Assembly: GCA_050952645.1 (NCBI GenBank)
Contig: JBMNLI010000017.1
Span: forward strand, 96,001 to 160,000
Direction of reading: 5' to 3'
DNA: 64,000 bases
Source of the DNA: Bdellovibrionota bacterium
GTDB lineage: Bacteria; Bdellovibrionota_C; UBA2361; CAKMMH01
The notes below the pieces were generated by a model that was given only the letters and a program-made list of their open reading frames with translations, did not search any database and had not been told where the DNA came from. Both the position numbers and the translations under genes were made by a program. Shown piece after piece: positions 10,724 through 20,439 of this stretch (its first letter is position 1; every line of letters starts with the position of its first letter).

Positions 10724-13301
10724 ATATAATCTCAAAACAAGCTTTCCCTAAAATCAATTTTTTCTGCTTAGGCTCATTATCAAAATCTATACACAATTTT
10801 ATTTTGTGTGGATTTTGAGTTTTTAAATTTCCTTGAATATCCCTAATAATCCCCTCTCCAAAATTTTGATGCCTAACTCTTAAACCCACTTTAACCTCTG
10901 AGGCATCTAACTTTCTAAAATTTCCTATCGGCTCTCCTAAACTTGTAGCAGTTTGAACTAAACCTAAAACATCCGTTAAAACATCTACCTTTTCTTTTTT
11001 ATCTTTAAAAAATTTCTTTTTATATATAGGGGGAAGAAAATCAAGATTAGCTGCATCATTATAATTTATATCCATATAGCGCTCTAAATTACTATTATCA
11101 TAATTATTATTACCAAAATTATTACTATCTTCCCCATAATTATCAGACTTAGCTACGGGCTTTATTTTATGCCCTACCTTCCCCTTAGACTTAAAGCTAC
11201 TAAAACTACTATCGAACACAAATTCACCAAGAACTTCCTCATCTCCACTTTCTTCTATAAGTTGCTTAGGAATATCGCTTACAAATCTTGAAACTTTCCT
11301 TAAATAAGACGTTGAGCTACTTCCATACATAGTCCTTTTTTTAGCATACGTTAAATATAACTTTTCCATCGCCCTAGTCATACCTACATAACATAGCCTT
11401 CTTTCTTCTTCTAAATCTTCCACTTCATCTAGCGACCTTGCATGAGGCACTAAGCCCTCTTCTAGCCCCGTAAAAAACACTACTCGGAACTCTAAACCCT
11501 TTGCTATATGAACGGTCATTAAAGAAACTGCATTCTCTTCTTCGTCCTCAGTGTTCTTCGACTCGAACGTCTCGTCGCTTCCCGTAAGAGCCACCTTATC
11601 CATAAACAAACTTATAGCTTTCTCGTTATCACTCTCGCCCTTAGAAATAGTTTCAGCATAAGCTATAAGCTCTAAGATGTTTTCCTGCCTACTTTCAGCC
11701 GTTTGATCTTTAGAGTTTTTTAACATCGCCTTATAAGTCGATGCTTCGTATATTATTTCTAAAAGTCTATGAAGAGACACATCACGTGCCCTACTTTTTA
11801 GATAATCTATAAGATTAACGAAAACATTTAATCTAGGATTGTTTAACGCCCTAGCTTCCTTAAATAGACTCGTTCCATGCTCCTTAGCGCTACCCATTAA
11901 ATTAGCAACCGTTTGAGCTCCTATGCCACGAGTAGGCGTATTTACTACTCTTAAAAAGGCTTGGTCATCGCTATCATTTACTACTAGTCTTAAGTATGAA
12001 ACCATATCTTTTATCTCTTTTCTATCCCAGAATTTTAGAGTTCCATAGATTTTATACTTAATTTTATTCATCACCAAAGCTTCCTCTAGTGCACGAGATT
12101 GAGCATTAGTTCTATAAAAACACGCTATGTCCTTATACTCACGTCCTCCCTCATCTACTAGCTTTCTTATCTCACTTGCAACGAAGCTCGCCTCCGAGTT
12201 TTCATCTAACGCAGAGTATAGCGTTATTAAATCCCCCTCTTTTCCGGCCGTCCAAAGTTTTTTGACTTTACGAATTTTATTTTTCGCTATAATACTATTT
12301 GAAGCAGATAATATATTCGATGTAGAACGATAATTTTGCTCTAATTTAATAACCTTAGTATTATCGAAATCTCTTTCAAACATTAAAATATTAGTAGGTT
12401 TTGCGCCCCTAAAAGAATAGATAGACTGGTCATCATCGCCTACTACAAATATATTTTTTCTCTCTTTAGCTAATAGGTGCATTAGCTTATATTGCACCTC
12501 ATTCGTATCTTGAAACTCATCGACTAAAATATAATGAAACTTATTTTGGTAATACTGCAAAACTTCTTTATCATTTTGAAATAGCTTAAGAGTATTTAAT
12601 AGTAAATCATCAAAATCCATCGCACTAAGAGCCATTAGCTCCTTTTGATACTCAGTGTAAACTCTTGAAACCGCCTTCTCTTGCAACAATATGCTAATAG
12701 AACAATATTTATTTGCGTCCACATTCGCTTCAAACTCTGTAGGCAAGATAAAATCATTTTTTGCTCTACTAATACACCCTCTTATATAATCTGGAGTATA
12801 CTTTTTATCATCAATCTTTTGCTCTTTGCAAATCTTTTTAATTAAATTTTGAGTATCTTTCGTATCGTAAATTGAAAAAGAATTAGAGTAGCCTAAACGC
12901 TCAGCATATCTTCTTAAAATCTTTGCTCCCATCGCATGAAACGTGCAAACCCAAAGCGAGTTAACCTCGTTTCCTAATAAGTCGGATAGTCTAGAAACCA
13001 TTTCAGCAGTCGCTTTATTCGTAAAAGTCACTGCTAGGATTTGCGATGGATAGACGCCTTTATTTAATACTAGATTAGCAACTCTTCTAGTTAACACTCT
13101 AGTTTTTCCGCTTCCAGCACCAGCTAAAACTAATATTGGTCCGTCGGTATGTAAAACGGCCTCTCTTTGCTCATTATTTAAATCAGCTAAAATATCATTT
13201 TCTAAATTATTACTTTCATTATTGCGTTCTTCATCGAATAAAAAAAACTCTTCTTCGTTATTAAAAACTCTATTAGCCAAAACTCTCTTCCCCCCACACA
13301 T
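10722..13301 (-). CDS. pcrA: ATP-dependent DNA helicase PcrA/UvrD
   Basis: LAGAGSGKT, VDEFQDTN, VGDDDQSIY, LEQNYRST, MTVHIAKGLEF, EERRLCYVGMTRA and C-terminal Tudor-like RVRHQNFGEG; start uncertain. Confidence 0.95.
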   Translation of the reverse strand: MCGGKRVLANRVFNNEEEFFLFDEERNNESNNLENDILADLNNEQREAVLHTDGPILVLAGAGSGKTRVLTRRVANLVLNKGVYPSQILAVTFTNKATAEMVSRLSDLLGNEVNSLWVCTFHAMGAKILRRYAERLGYSNSFSIYDTKDTQNLIKKICKEQKIDDKKYTPDYIRGCISRAKNDFILPTEFEANVDANKYCSISILLQEKAVSRVYTEYQKELMALSAMDFDDLLLNTLKLFQNDKEVLQYYQNKFHYILVDEFQDTNEVQYKLMHLLAKERKNIFVVGDDDQSIYSFRGAKPTNILMFERDFDNTKVIKLEQNYRSTSNILSASNSIIAKNKIRKVKKLWTAGKEGDLITLYSALDENSEASFVASEIRKLVDEGGREYKDIACFYRTNAQSRALEEALVMNKIKYKIYGTLKFWDRKEIKDMVSYLRLVVNDSDDQAFLRVVNTPTRGIGAQTVANLMGSAKEHGTSLFKEARALNNPRLNVFVNLIDYLKSRARDVSLHRLLEIIYEASTYKAMLKNSKDQTAESRQENILELIAYAETISKGESDNEKAISLFMDKVALTGSDETFESKNTEDEEENAVSLMTVHIAKGLEFRVVFFTGLEEGLVPHARSLDEVEDLEEERRLCYVGMTRAMEKLYLTYAKKRTMYGSSSTSYLRKVSRFVSDIPKQLIEESGDEEVLGEFVFDSSFSSFKSKGKVGHKIKPVAKSDNYGEDSNNFGNNNYDNSNLERYMDINYNDAANLDFLPPIYKKKFFKDKKEKVDVLTDVLGLVQTATSLGEPIGNFRKLDASEVKVGLRVRHQNFGEGIIRDIQGNLKTQNPHKIKLCIDFDNEPKQKKLILGKACFEII

Positions 13302-13345
13302 ACAAAATAATAAATACTAAATAATAAATACTAAATATAAAATAT

Positions 13346-13420
13346 AAAGAAAATCGACTTTAAGGAATTTACATAAAATAAAATACTTTATATATAGCTA
13401 TAATTTTAAAATAAATCTTT
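13346..13420 (-). mobile_element. MITE family A, internal fragment
   Basis: AAAGAAAATCGACTTTAAGGAATTTACATAAAAT...ACTTT...AGCTATAA aligns with 29077-29143. Confidence 0.65.
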
Positions 13421-13867
13421 ATTTTTTTTAAACCTCTTTTAATAAACATCATAATAAACATCATAATAAACATCAAAGAGCTATTAAACATCATAGAGCT
13501 AATTTAAAAAACCTTAAAGGTTAAAGATACCATAATTTTAAAAGCCTACCTACAAGTTCATTTTATATCCACCCTTTACATACATTATATTTAGCTTTTT
13601 ATTTAGTGTCTTATTTTATATCTTATTTTTTTTATATCTTATTTTGTATCTATAACGCCTATTATACCTAGCTCTTCTCCTATTAAAAGCAAAACGTAAA
13701 CTAAAAGCATTATTATTAAAAGTATTTCAAGAACATCTAACATATTAACCTCCTATACTTAAGAAACTTACTATAGAAATAATATAGTATATATAGAATG
13801 ATACTGCAATACTTTTTCTAGTTTTTTTCTATATTTTAAAAAAAATTAGCTTTTTAAAAAAGCCGTT

Positions 13868-16372
13868 CTACTCTAACCTTTTTGCTATCAGCACTTTTAA
13901 CAAGTCGCTTTTTTCCGTCTTTCTTTTTTCTTCTAAATAAGCCTTATGCTTTGGATTTTTTACATCTAAATGCGAGTATCCTATAGCTCTAGCCATAGGC
14001 TCAGAATGTTTTAAAAGTTTCCAAAGTATATCTTTTGTAAGCTTTAAATTCTTATGGCTTAAATATCTACTAACCTCGAAATTAAAAATATCATCCTCAC
14101 TTTCACTGCTTCTACAAAGCAAAAGTTTTAATAGCGTATCTATATCTATATCGTAAGATAAAAATTTATCTACCACTGCATGTTGCTTATCACCATCTAA
14201 TAAAAATAGCGATACTAGAATATAAATTTGCTCCCTAGAAAGTTTACTATCTCCCGAAGCTAAAAAATCTAAAACGCACTCATTTAATTTCTTGCTAGCT
14301 TTTAAAACTAACGCCGCACGCTCCCTTATTTCTAAAAGCGGATAAGATAACAAATCGATATACTCAGATATTTCTAATTGTTTTTTAGGAAGTCTCCCTA
14401 CAACGATATTTAAAGTATCTGCCTTTGAGATACCTTTCCAATCTTTAGTATTAAAAAAATCCATATATGGACTTATAACTTTTCTGTAATACGTATTTAT
14501 TATCTCATAAAGCATATCTACATTTACTAAATTATGCTCGGCTAAATCTAAGAGGATATAGATCTTTCCTCTTATAATAGATGGACTCGATATAGAGTCT
14601 ATAAAAAAACTTGCTATATTTTCTTTCGTTCCACCTATAACTAAAATACTACTTAACGCCTTGCTAGCAAGCTCATCTAAATGTTTTCCGCCAAGTAGCG
14701 AAAGCTTTTTATAAGCATCTCCATAAAAACCACCTAGCAAAGACATGTTCTCTAGAGATACCATCTTTAATTGGCTATTTGTAGCATCGAGCCTAACGCT
14801 ACCTGCCACTGCTAAAGCAATAGACGGGTGAAGCTTATCTAGCGTTTTAAGGGGAACGCTTTTTTCTGAAGCAGAAATTAGCTTTGAAGCTCCTAATCTT
14901 AACGCCGTATATCTATCTTCTTTAGTTAAATTATTTTCCCATAGCGGATTAAATATCGTTCTTATAATTAAATTATCTACGTAATTATTAACGCTATTTA
15001 AAGCTCTTTTATTATCACTAGAATTATCACTAGCAGCATTTACTATTACAGATAGCGCTACTAAATCATCTTTTAAAGCCTTACTAAGCACCTCTCTCAT
15101 AATTACAGGCTGATTAGTGTTCCAAGCGTATTCGTATTCTAATAGTAGCTTTTCACTATCTTTAAAAAAATTTACATTAGAAAATTTATCAGAATTAAAA
15201 AACACTATTACAAACAGTAAGGCAAATAATAAAACGTAAAACGTAAATCTACTAGATTGCTGATTTTGTGTAGTAGTCGCTTTGTTTTTATAGCCGTTAT
15301 TTCTAGAAGATGCCTTATTATTATCATAATTATTATTATTATAATTATTATTATTATAATTATTATTATTATAAAGTGGCTCTTCGTTATTTACTTCGTT
15401 ATTTACTTCATTATTTACTTCATCTCCATCATTAACTTTATTATTAACTTTATCTAGCTTTCTTATAATCTTTCCACTTCTTATTTTATAGCTATCTACT
15501 CTCTCATCACTTTCACTCTTATTTAAGTTCTTATCTTTATTTGCATCTTTATCTGCATCTTTATTTACATCTTTATTTACATCTTCATTTTCAGTCGATT
15601 TTTTTATAATCACGCCACTTACAAGCGGAGTATATAAAGCCTTCTTTATCTCATTTATTTTTGCTATTACTACTAGCAAATTATTTTTATTCACATCCTC
15701 TATTATAGGCATTAACAATGGGCAATTTTTTGTAGTAGCAACTTTTTGCATCAACTCTTTTAATTTTAAAATATCATCTTCATATTTAGGAAATCTTTGG
15801 CGAGTTTCTATACTAGAAAATATAGGGTCTATTAAAATATATTTATTTCCATCTAACACGATATTATTTTCACTAATATTCCCGTGGCAAATATTATTAT
15901 CCCAATAAATTTTTACATAATTTATAACGTCTATTAAAGCATCTAAAAAAACTAGGATATTTTTTTCAAAAAGAAAAAGCTCTGTAAACAATTTGCTCTT
16001 ATGGTATAATTTTCTTTCGTACCAAAATTGCTCTTCAGCGACACCCGTAGATAGCACTCCAGAAAGTTTGTTTTCCTTAAGAAGCAAAAAAATTTGTTTT
16101 AATTCTTCTAAGTTGTTGCTTACGTAATTATCTTTACTAAACTTATCATAAGCAACTAGGCCTTTAGTAAATTCAGGAAATGAAAATCTATACAAAACAT
16201 TTTTCTTAAGATCTACTATCCTAGTATCCCAAGGACTATTCCTATAATTAGAAGAATATATATTTTCAGTTGAACTTATTTTTAAAAATTCTAAATAATA
16301 ATTAAATAAAACTCTTTGCTCAACTCTGAGTTCATCTTCACTAAATAAATTTACGTAATAATCTGTATTCAT
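13868..16372 (-). CDS. Membrane-anchored protein with degenerate kinase-like N-terminal domain
   Basis: ICHGNISENNIV...ILIDP (catalytic-loop-like), Asn-rich repeat linker, one TM segment, large helical C-terminal domain. Confidence 0.65.
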   Translation of the reverse strand: MNTDYYVNLFSEDELRVEQRVLFNYYLEFLKISSTENIYSSNYRNSPWDTRIVDLKKNVLYRFSFPEFTKGLVAYDKFSKDNYVSNNLEELKQIFLLLKENKLSGVLSTGVAEEQFWYERKLYHKSKLFTELFLFEKNILVFLDALIDVINYVKIYWDNNICHGNISENNIVLDGNKYILIDPIFSSIETRQRFPKYEDDILKLKELMQKVATTKNCPLLMPIIEDVNKNNLLVVIAKINEIKKALYTPLVSGVIIKKSTENEDVNKDVNKDADKDANKDKNLNKSESDERVDSYKIRSGKIIRKLDKVNNKVNDGDEVNNEVNNEVNNEEPLYNNNNYNNNNYNNNNYDNNKASSRNNGYKNKATTTQNQQSSRFTFYVLLFALLFVIVFFNSDKFSNVNFFKDSEKLLLEYEYAWNTNQPVIMREVLSKALKDDLVALSVIVNAASDNSSDNKRALNSVNNYVDNLIIRTIFNPLWENNLTKEDRYTALRLGASKLISASEKSVPLKTLDKLHPSIALAVAGSVRLDATNSQLKMVSLENMSLLGGFYGDAYKKLSLLGGKHLDELASKALSSILVIGGTKENIASFFIDSISSPSIIRGKIYILLDLAEHNLVNVDMLYEIINTYYRKVISPYMDFFNTKDWKGISKADTLNIVVGRLPKKQLEISEYIDLLSYPLLEIRERAALVLKASKKLNECVLDFLASGDSKLSREQIYILVSLFLLDGDKQHAVVDKFLSYDIDIDTLLKLLLCRSSESEDDIFNFEVSRYLSHKNLKLTKDILWKLLKHSEPMARAIGYSHLDVKNPKHKAYLEEKRKTEKSDLLKVLIAKRLE

Positions 16373-17478
16373 AAAATTGCTTCTTTTATTTTCTTAACTG
16401 CCACATCTACTATTTCATCATAGCTATAACTTCCGATTAGCTCTCCTTTAACTTTTAAATTTACGAAATTAGGTGCACACCACATACCTATATCTGCATC
16501 ATCGCTCTCTCCAGGGCCATTTACTCTACAACCCATAACTGCAACGGTTAGATTTTTATCTTTTGCAAAAACCGTTGCCTCTTTTATTTTCTCTGCAAGC
16601 TCTATAAATTTATCTGTCTGAACTCTCGAGCACGATGGGCAAGAAATTATATTTAATCCCTTAGCATTATAGGCATCTTTAGGTAAAAATTTTTTATTAG
16701 CCACATCTTTAATTATCTGCTTTCCGATTTCAACCTCTCTATATTTTTCTAAAAAAGGCACTGTAAGAGAAACTCTTATCGTATCTCCTATGCCTTTAGA
16801 CAATAAGTGCTCCATCGCCACACGACTTTTTATCTCTCCTAGTGGGAGCATCCCTGCTTCCGTTACTCCTAAATGTAAAGGCACGAAAGGGTACAAGGAA
16901 GAAAACTCCTCGTTTATTTTTATAACTCCATATGGGTCGGAGCTTTTTAGAGAAACTACGTAATTTTTAAACCTAAGCTTTTCCATATATTCCACATGCT
17001 CGCTAGCCGATTTTATAGCAATCGCCCCCGAATCTTTAACGCCTTTTGAAAGACCAGGGTCAAGCGAACCAAAATTCACCCCTATCCTTAAAGCGCAATC
17101 GTTTTCTCCTGCTATTTGCACTAACTCTTTTACTTTATCTTCTACGATTTTTTCTTTTTCTATATGGTATAGATGCCCAGGATTATAACGAATCTTTTGC
17201 ACAAATGGTGCTAAATCTTTAGCAAGCAAATAGTTTTCTTGTAAATCGACCGATAAATTCACATCGGTTTCTTTTCTTATCTCTTTTAGACTCCTTACGT
17301 CTTCCTTATTATCTACCGCTAACCTTATAATTTGAGCCCCAGCGTCTTTTAGCGTTTTTATTTGTTCGAGAGTCCTTTTAATATCTTTAGTTTTAGATGA
17401 GCACATAGTTTGGACTACTACCGGGTTTTTCCCTCCTAGCAATATATCCCCTACCTTAATTTCTCTAGTTTTTCTCAT
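16369..17478 (-). CDS. ispG: (E)-4-hydroxy-3-methylbut-2-enyl-diphosphate synthase
   Basis: KIRYNPG, RIGVNFGSL, LHLGVTEAG, GIGDTIRVSL, SCPSCSR, AVMGCRVNGPGE. Confidence 0.96.
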   Translation of the reverse strand: MRKTREIKVGDILLGGKNPVVVQTMCSSKTKDIKRTLEQIKTLKDAGAQIIRLAVDNKEDVRSLKEIRKETDVNLSVDLQENYLLAKDLAPFVQKIRYNPGHLYHIEKEKIVEDKVKELVQIAGENDCALRIGVNFGSLDPGLSKGVKDSGAIAIKSASEHVEYMEKLRFKNYVVSLKSSDPYGVIKINEEFSSLYPFVPLHLGVTEAGMLPLGEIKSRVAMEHLLSKGIGDTIRVSLTVPFLEKYREVEIGKQIIKDVANKKFLPKDAYNAKGLNIISCPSCSRVQTDKFIELAEKIKEATVFAKDKNLTVAVMGCRVNGPGESDDADIGMWCAPNFVNLKVKGELIGSYSYDEIVDVAVKKIKEAIL

Positions 17479-17790
17479 TATCATTTCCTTTTTTTTTACA
17501 ATCATAACTATTAAATATAATTTTTATGCGATATATTATTATGCGTTATAAATATTATCTGTTATAATAGTATTTTAAGTAATATTTTGATATTATGCTT
17601 GCTAAAAAATGCAATATTTACTTTAATAATATTTGCTCTATTATAGTATTATAATTATAGTATTATAGTTATAGTATTATAGTTTTATAGTTTGATTATA
17701 ATTTACTTTAACTATAATTTACATAGAGAAAATTATTTTATTGTAAACAAACTCTAGAAAAACCATTTTTTTATAAAGGAAAATCAAAAA

Positions 17791-18327
17791 ATGTATTCTC
17801 CTGATGAGATAAGCGAGATTTTTGAAAAGATTTCTGACTATTACCAAGAACCTGTAAATATAGGCTCAAGGTGTCAAAGCAATTACTATTATAGAGTAGA
17901 AAATTTAAGTGAAAAAGATTTAAATATATGTGCTGAGCACGTAGCATATAGGATAAGAAATGTCCTATCTCCACAAGAACCACAACTATTTATAAAACTC
18001 CCTGGAGGATATAGTTTTTTTGCTGAAAGATTATACGCAGTTTTTTCAGAGATAATTTCAAACTCTGAAGAAATAGCATTTGAGCAATATTTAAAAAATC
18101 AAATTCAAAGTGGCTATCTCGATAAATACAAAGGTTATAACACGGTGCTTATTACCGATGTTATTACAACGGCTAGGTCAACACTAGAGGCTCACACTAA
18201 GCTTTCCTTAAGGGGCATTCCAATTCTATCTTGGGTTGCCCTAATAGATAGAACCTTTGGCCCTGGCCCCGTGCCGGTAATTTCAGCATACACAGGAAGC
18301 CCAGTAAAGTTGTTAAATAATTACTAA
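17791..18327 (+). CDS. Phosphoribosyltransferase-fold protein (divergent, OPRT-like)
   Basis: VLITDVITTARS PRPP-loop-like motif, ALIDR. Confidence 0.6.
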   Translation: MYSPDEISEIFEKISDYYQEPVNIGSRCQSNYYYRVENLSEKDLNICAEHVAYRIRNVLSPQEPQLFIKLPGGYSFFAERLYAVFSEIISNSEEIAFEQYLKNQIQSGYLDKYKGYNTVLITDVITTARSTLEAHTKLSLRGIPILSWVALIDRTFGPGPVPVISAYTGSPVKLLNNY

Positions 18328-18376
18328 AACAGATAATAAAAAATAAACAAAACAAATGAACAAAAAATAATTTTAC

Positions 18377-20317
18377 TTATCCTTTTGCTAAATTTATAAG
18401 CTCTTCTTCAGAAATAATTTTTATCGCTAACTCTTTTGCCTTAATATTTTTACTAGAGTTTGAAGTGATATCATTATTTATTAAATAATTAACATTACTA
18501 GAAATAGCTTTCAAAACTTTTCCCCCTTTACTTTCTATATATTCTACGAGTTCATCTCTATTTTTAAAACTGTTTGTGCTCCCAGTTATAACGAAATTTA
18601 TACTATTTAAAGTTTTATTATCACTAGTTTCTTTTATTATATTTATTTCTTTTTTTAAATTTTCAAATTCTCTTAGAAAATCGCTATCGCTAAAAACTTC
18701 TACCCACGCTTTTGCAACGCCCTCTCCAATGCCATCTATTTGATTTAATTCTTCAAAAGTTAAGTTACTTATTTTTTCCAAATCATCATTAAAGTAATTA
18801 CATATAAGCTTTGCTCTAGCTTGGCCAATTTCAGGAATGCCAAGAGCGTAAATAAAGTTTGCAAGCTTTATGCTCCTAGACTTTTCTACCGCTTCGATTA
18901 AATTGCTGTATGATTTTTCTCCAAACCCTTCAAATAAAATTATCTTCTCTCTATATTGCTCTAGTTTATATAAGTCAGAGTAAGCTTTGACCATGCCTTC
19001 ATCATAAAGTTTATTTAAAATCGCATCTGAAATTCCTTCTATATTCATAGCGTTTCTGCTTACAAATAAACTTAATTTTTTTAAAAATTTAGCTGGGCAA
19101 AACTCATTAGTGCAATACAAATATTCCGTATCATTTTCAGATATTATCGTAGCTTTATGTGCGCATACTGGGCATTTATCAGGAATAAGAAGATTATCGC
19201 TTTTAGTTTCGTTGCTAGCAACTTGAGGAATTATCATATTTGCTTTATAAACTAAGATGGTATCACCTAACCCAAGCTCAAGACCTTTTAAAATCGAAAT
19301 ATTGTGAAGTGATGCACGAGAAACCGTAGTCCCCTCTAGCTCGACACTATCGAATACCGCAACTGGATTTATAAGCCCAGTTCTTGAAACTAACCAATCT
19401 ACACTTCTTAATACCGTTTTAGCAGTTTCATCTTGCCATTTAAAAGCCAAGGAGTGTTTAGGGTATTTAGCCGTTATACCTAAACTTTCCGAGTATAAAA
19501 TATCATCAAAGGTAAGCACTAATCCATCAGACGGTATATCGTAATCGTTTATTTTTTCTTTAAACTTTAAAACTGCACTTTCAACATTACCTTTATTTAC
19601 GCTTACGCTTTCTACTACATTAAAGCCTAAGGTTTTTAAAAAATCGAAACACTTATTTTTAGAGTTTGAAATAAAATCTGATGCCTCTACTAAAGAAAAG
19701 ATAATGCAAAAAACATTTCTAGTAGCCACAACGGAGCTATCTTTTTGTCTAACAGACCCTGAACATAAATTGCGAGGATTTTTATAAATATCTCCAGCCT
19801 CTTTATTCATACGATTAAAATCTGAGTATTTTATTACTGCCTCTCCACGAAGCACTAGTTTTCCTTTATAATCTATAGAAAGCGGAATATTTTTAAAACG
19901 CTTAACATTTTCAGTTATAACCTCTCCGACTATGCCGTTTCCTCTAGTAACTCCGCTTACAAGCGTGCCATTTTCATAAGTTAAAACTATAGTTATACCG
20001 TCTAGCTTCCAAGATAAAAGCCCAAGTTTATCGCCAAGGAAATTTATAAGCTCTCCTACTTGTTTAGTCTTTTCTAAAGATAACATCGGGCTTGTGTGAG
20101 TAGCGTGAGCTAACGCCCCTAAAACCTCTGGCTCTACATTTATGCTTGGGCTATTAGGAAGAACTACACTAGTTTCTTTTTCTAACTCTCTTAATTTATC
20201 GAACAAGGCATCGTATTCAAAATCTGACATTATCGATTTATTTTCTCTATAATAAGAAGTTGCAGCCTTATTTAAAGTTTCTACAAGCGTTTTCATCTCG
20301 TTTAGTTTTTTATCCAC
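18377..20317 (-). CDS. ligA: NAD-dependent DNA ligase
   Basis: SWKLDG, TRGNG, LRGE, NPRN, DGLV, AFKW, Zn finger CPVC..C..C, BRCT FVITG. Confidence 0.96.
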   Translation of the reverse strand: MDKKLNEMKTLVETLNKAATSYYRENKSIMSDFEYDALFDKLRELEKETSVVLPNSPSINVEPEVLGALAHATHTSPMLSLEKTKQVGELINFLGDKLGLLSWKLDGITIVLTYENGTLVSGVTRGNGIVGEVITENVKRFKNIPLSIDYKGKLVLRGEAVIKYSDFNRMNKEAGDIYKNPRNLCSGSVRQKDSSVVATRNVFCIIFSLVEASDFISNSKNKCFDFLKTLGFNVVESVSVNKGNVESAVLKFKEKINDYDIPSDGLVLTFDDILYSESLGITAKYPKHSLAFKWQDETAKTVLRSVDWLVSRTGLINPVAVFDSVELEGTTVSRASLHNISILKGLELGLGDTILVYKANMIIPQVASNETKSDNLLIPDKCPVCAHKATIISENDTEYLYCTNEFCPAKFLKKLSLFVSRNAMNIEGISDAILNKLYDEGMVKAYSDLYKLEQYREKIILFEGFGEKSYSNLIEAVEKSRSIKLANFIYALGIPEIGQARAKLICNYFNDDLEKISNLTFEELNQIDGIGEGVAKAWVEVFSDSDFLREFENLKKEINIIKETSDNKTLNSINFVITGSTNSFKNRDELVEYIESKGGKVLKAISSNVNYLINNDITSNSSKNIKAKELAIKIISEEELINLAKG

Positions 20318-20439
20318 TACTTATACTCCTTAAAAATCAAGGTTTGAGGCTCTTTACACACGTGCAAGCACACGCAAGAACTAATTTTCTGGTTCTTCAC
20401 GTTTTAGGTGGGCTTAGAAAAATTGTTTTTCGGGGGTTA

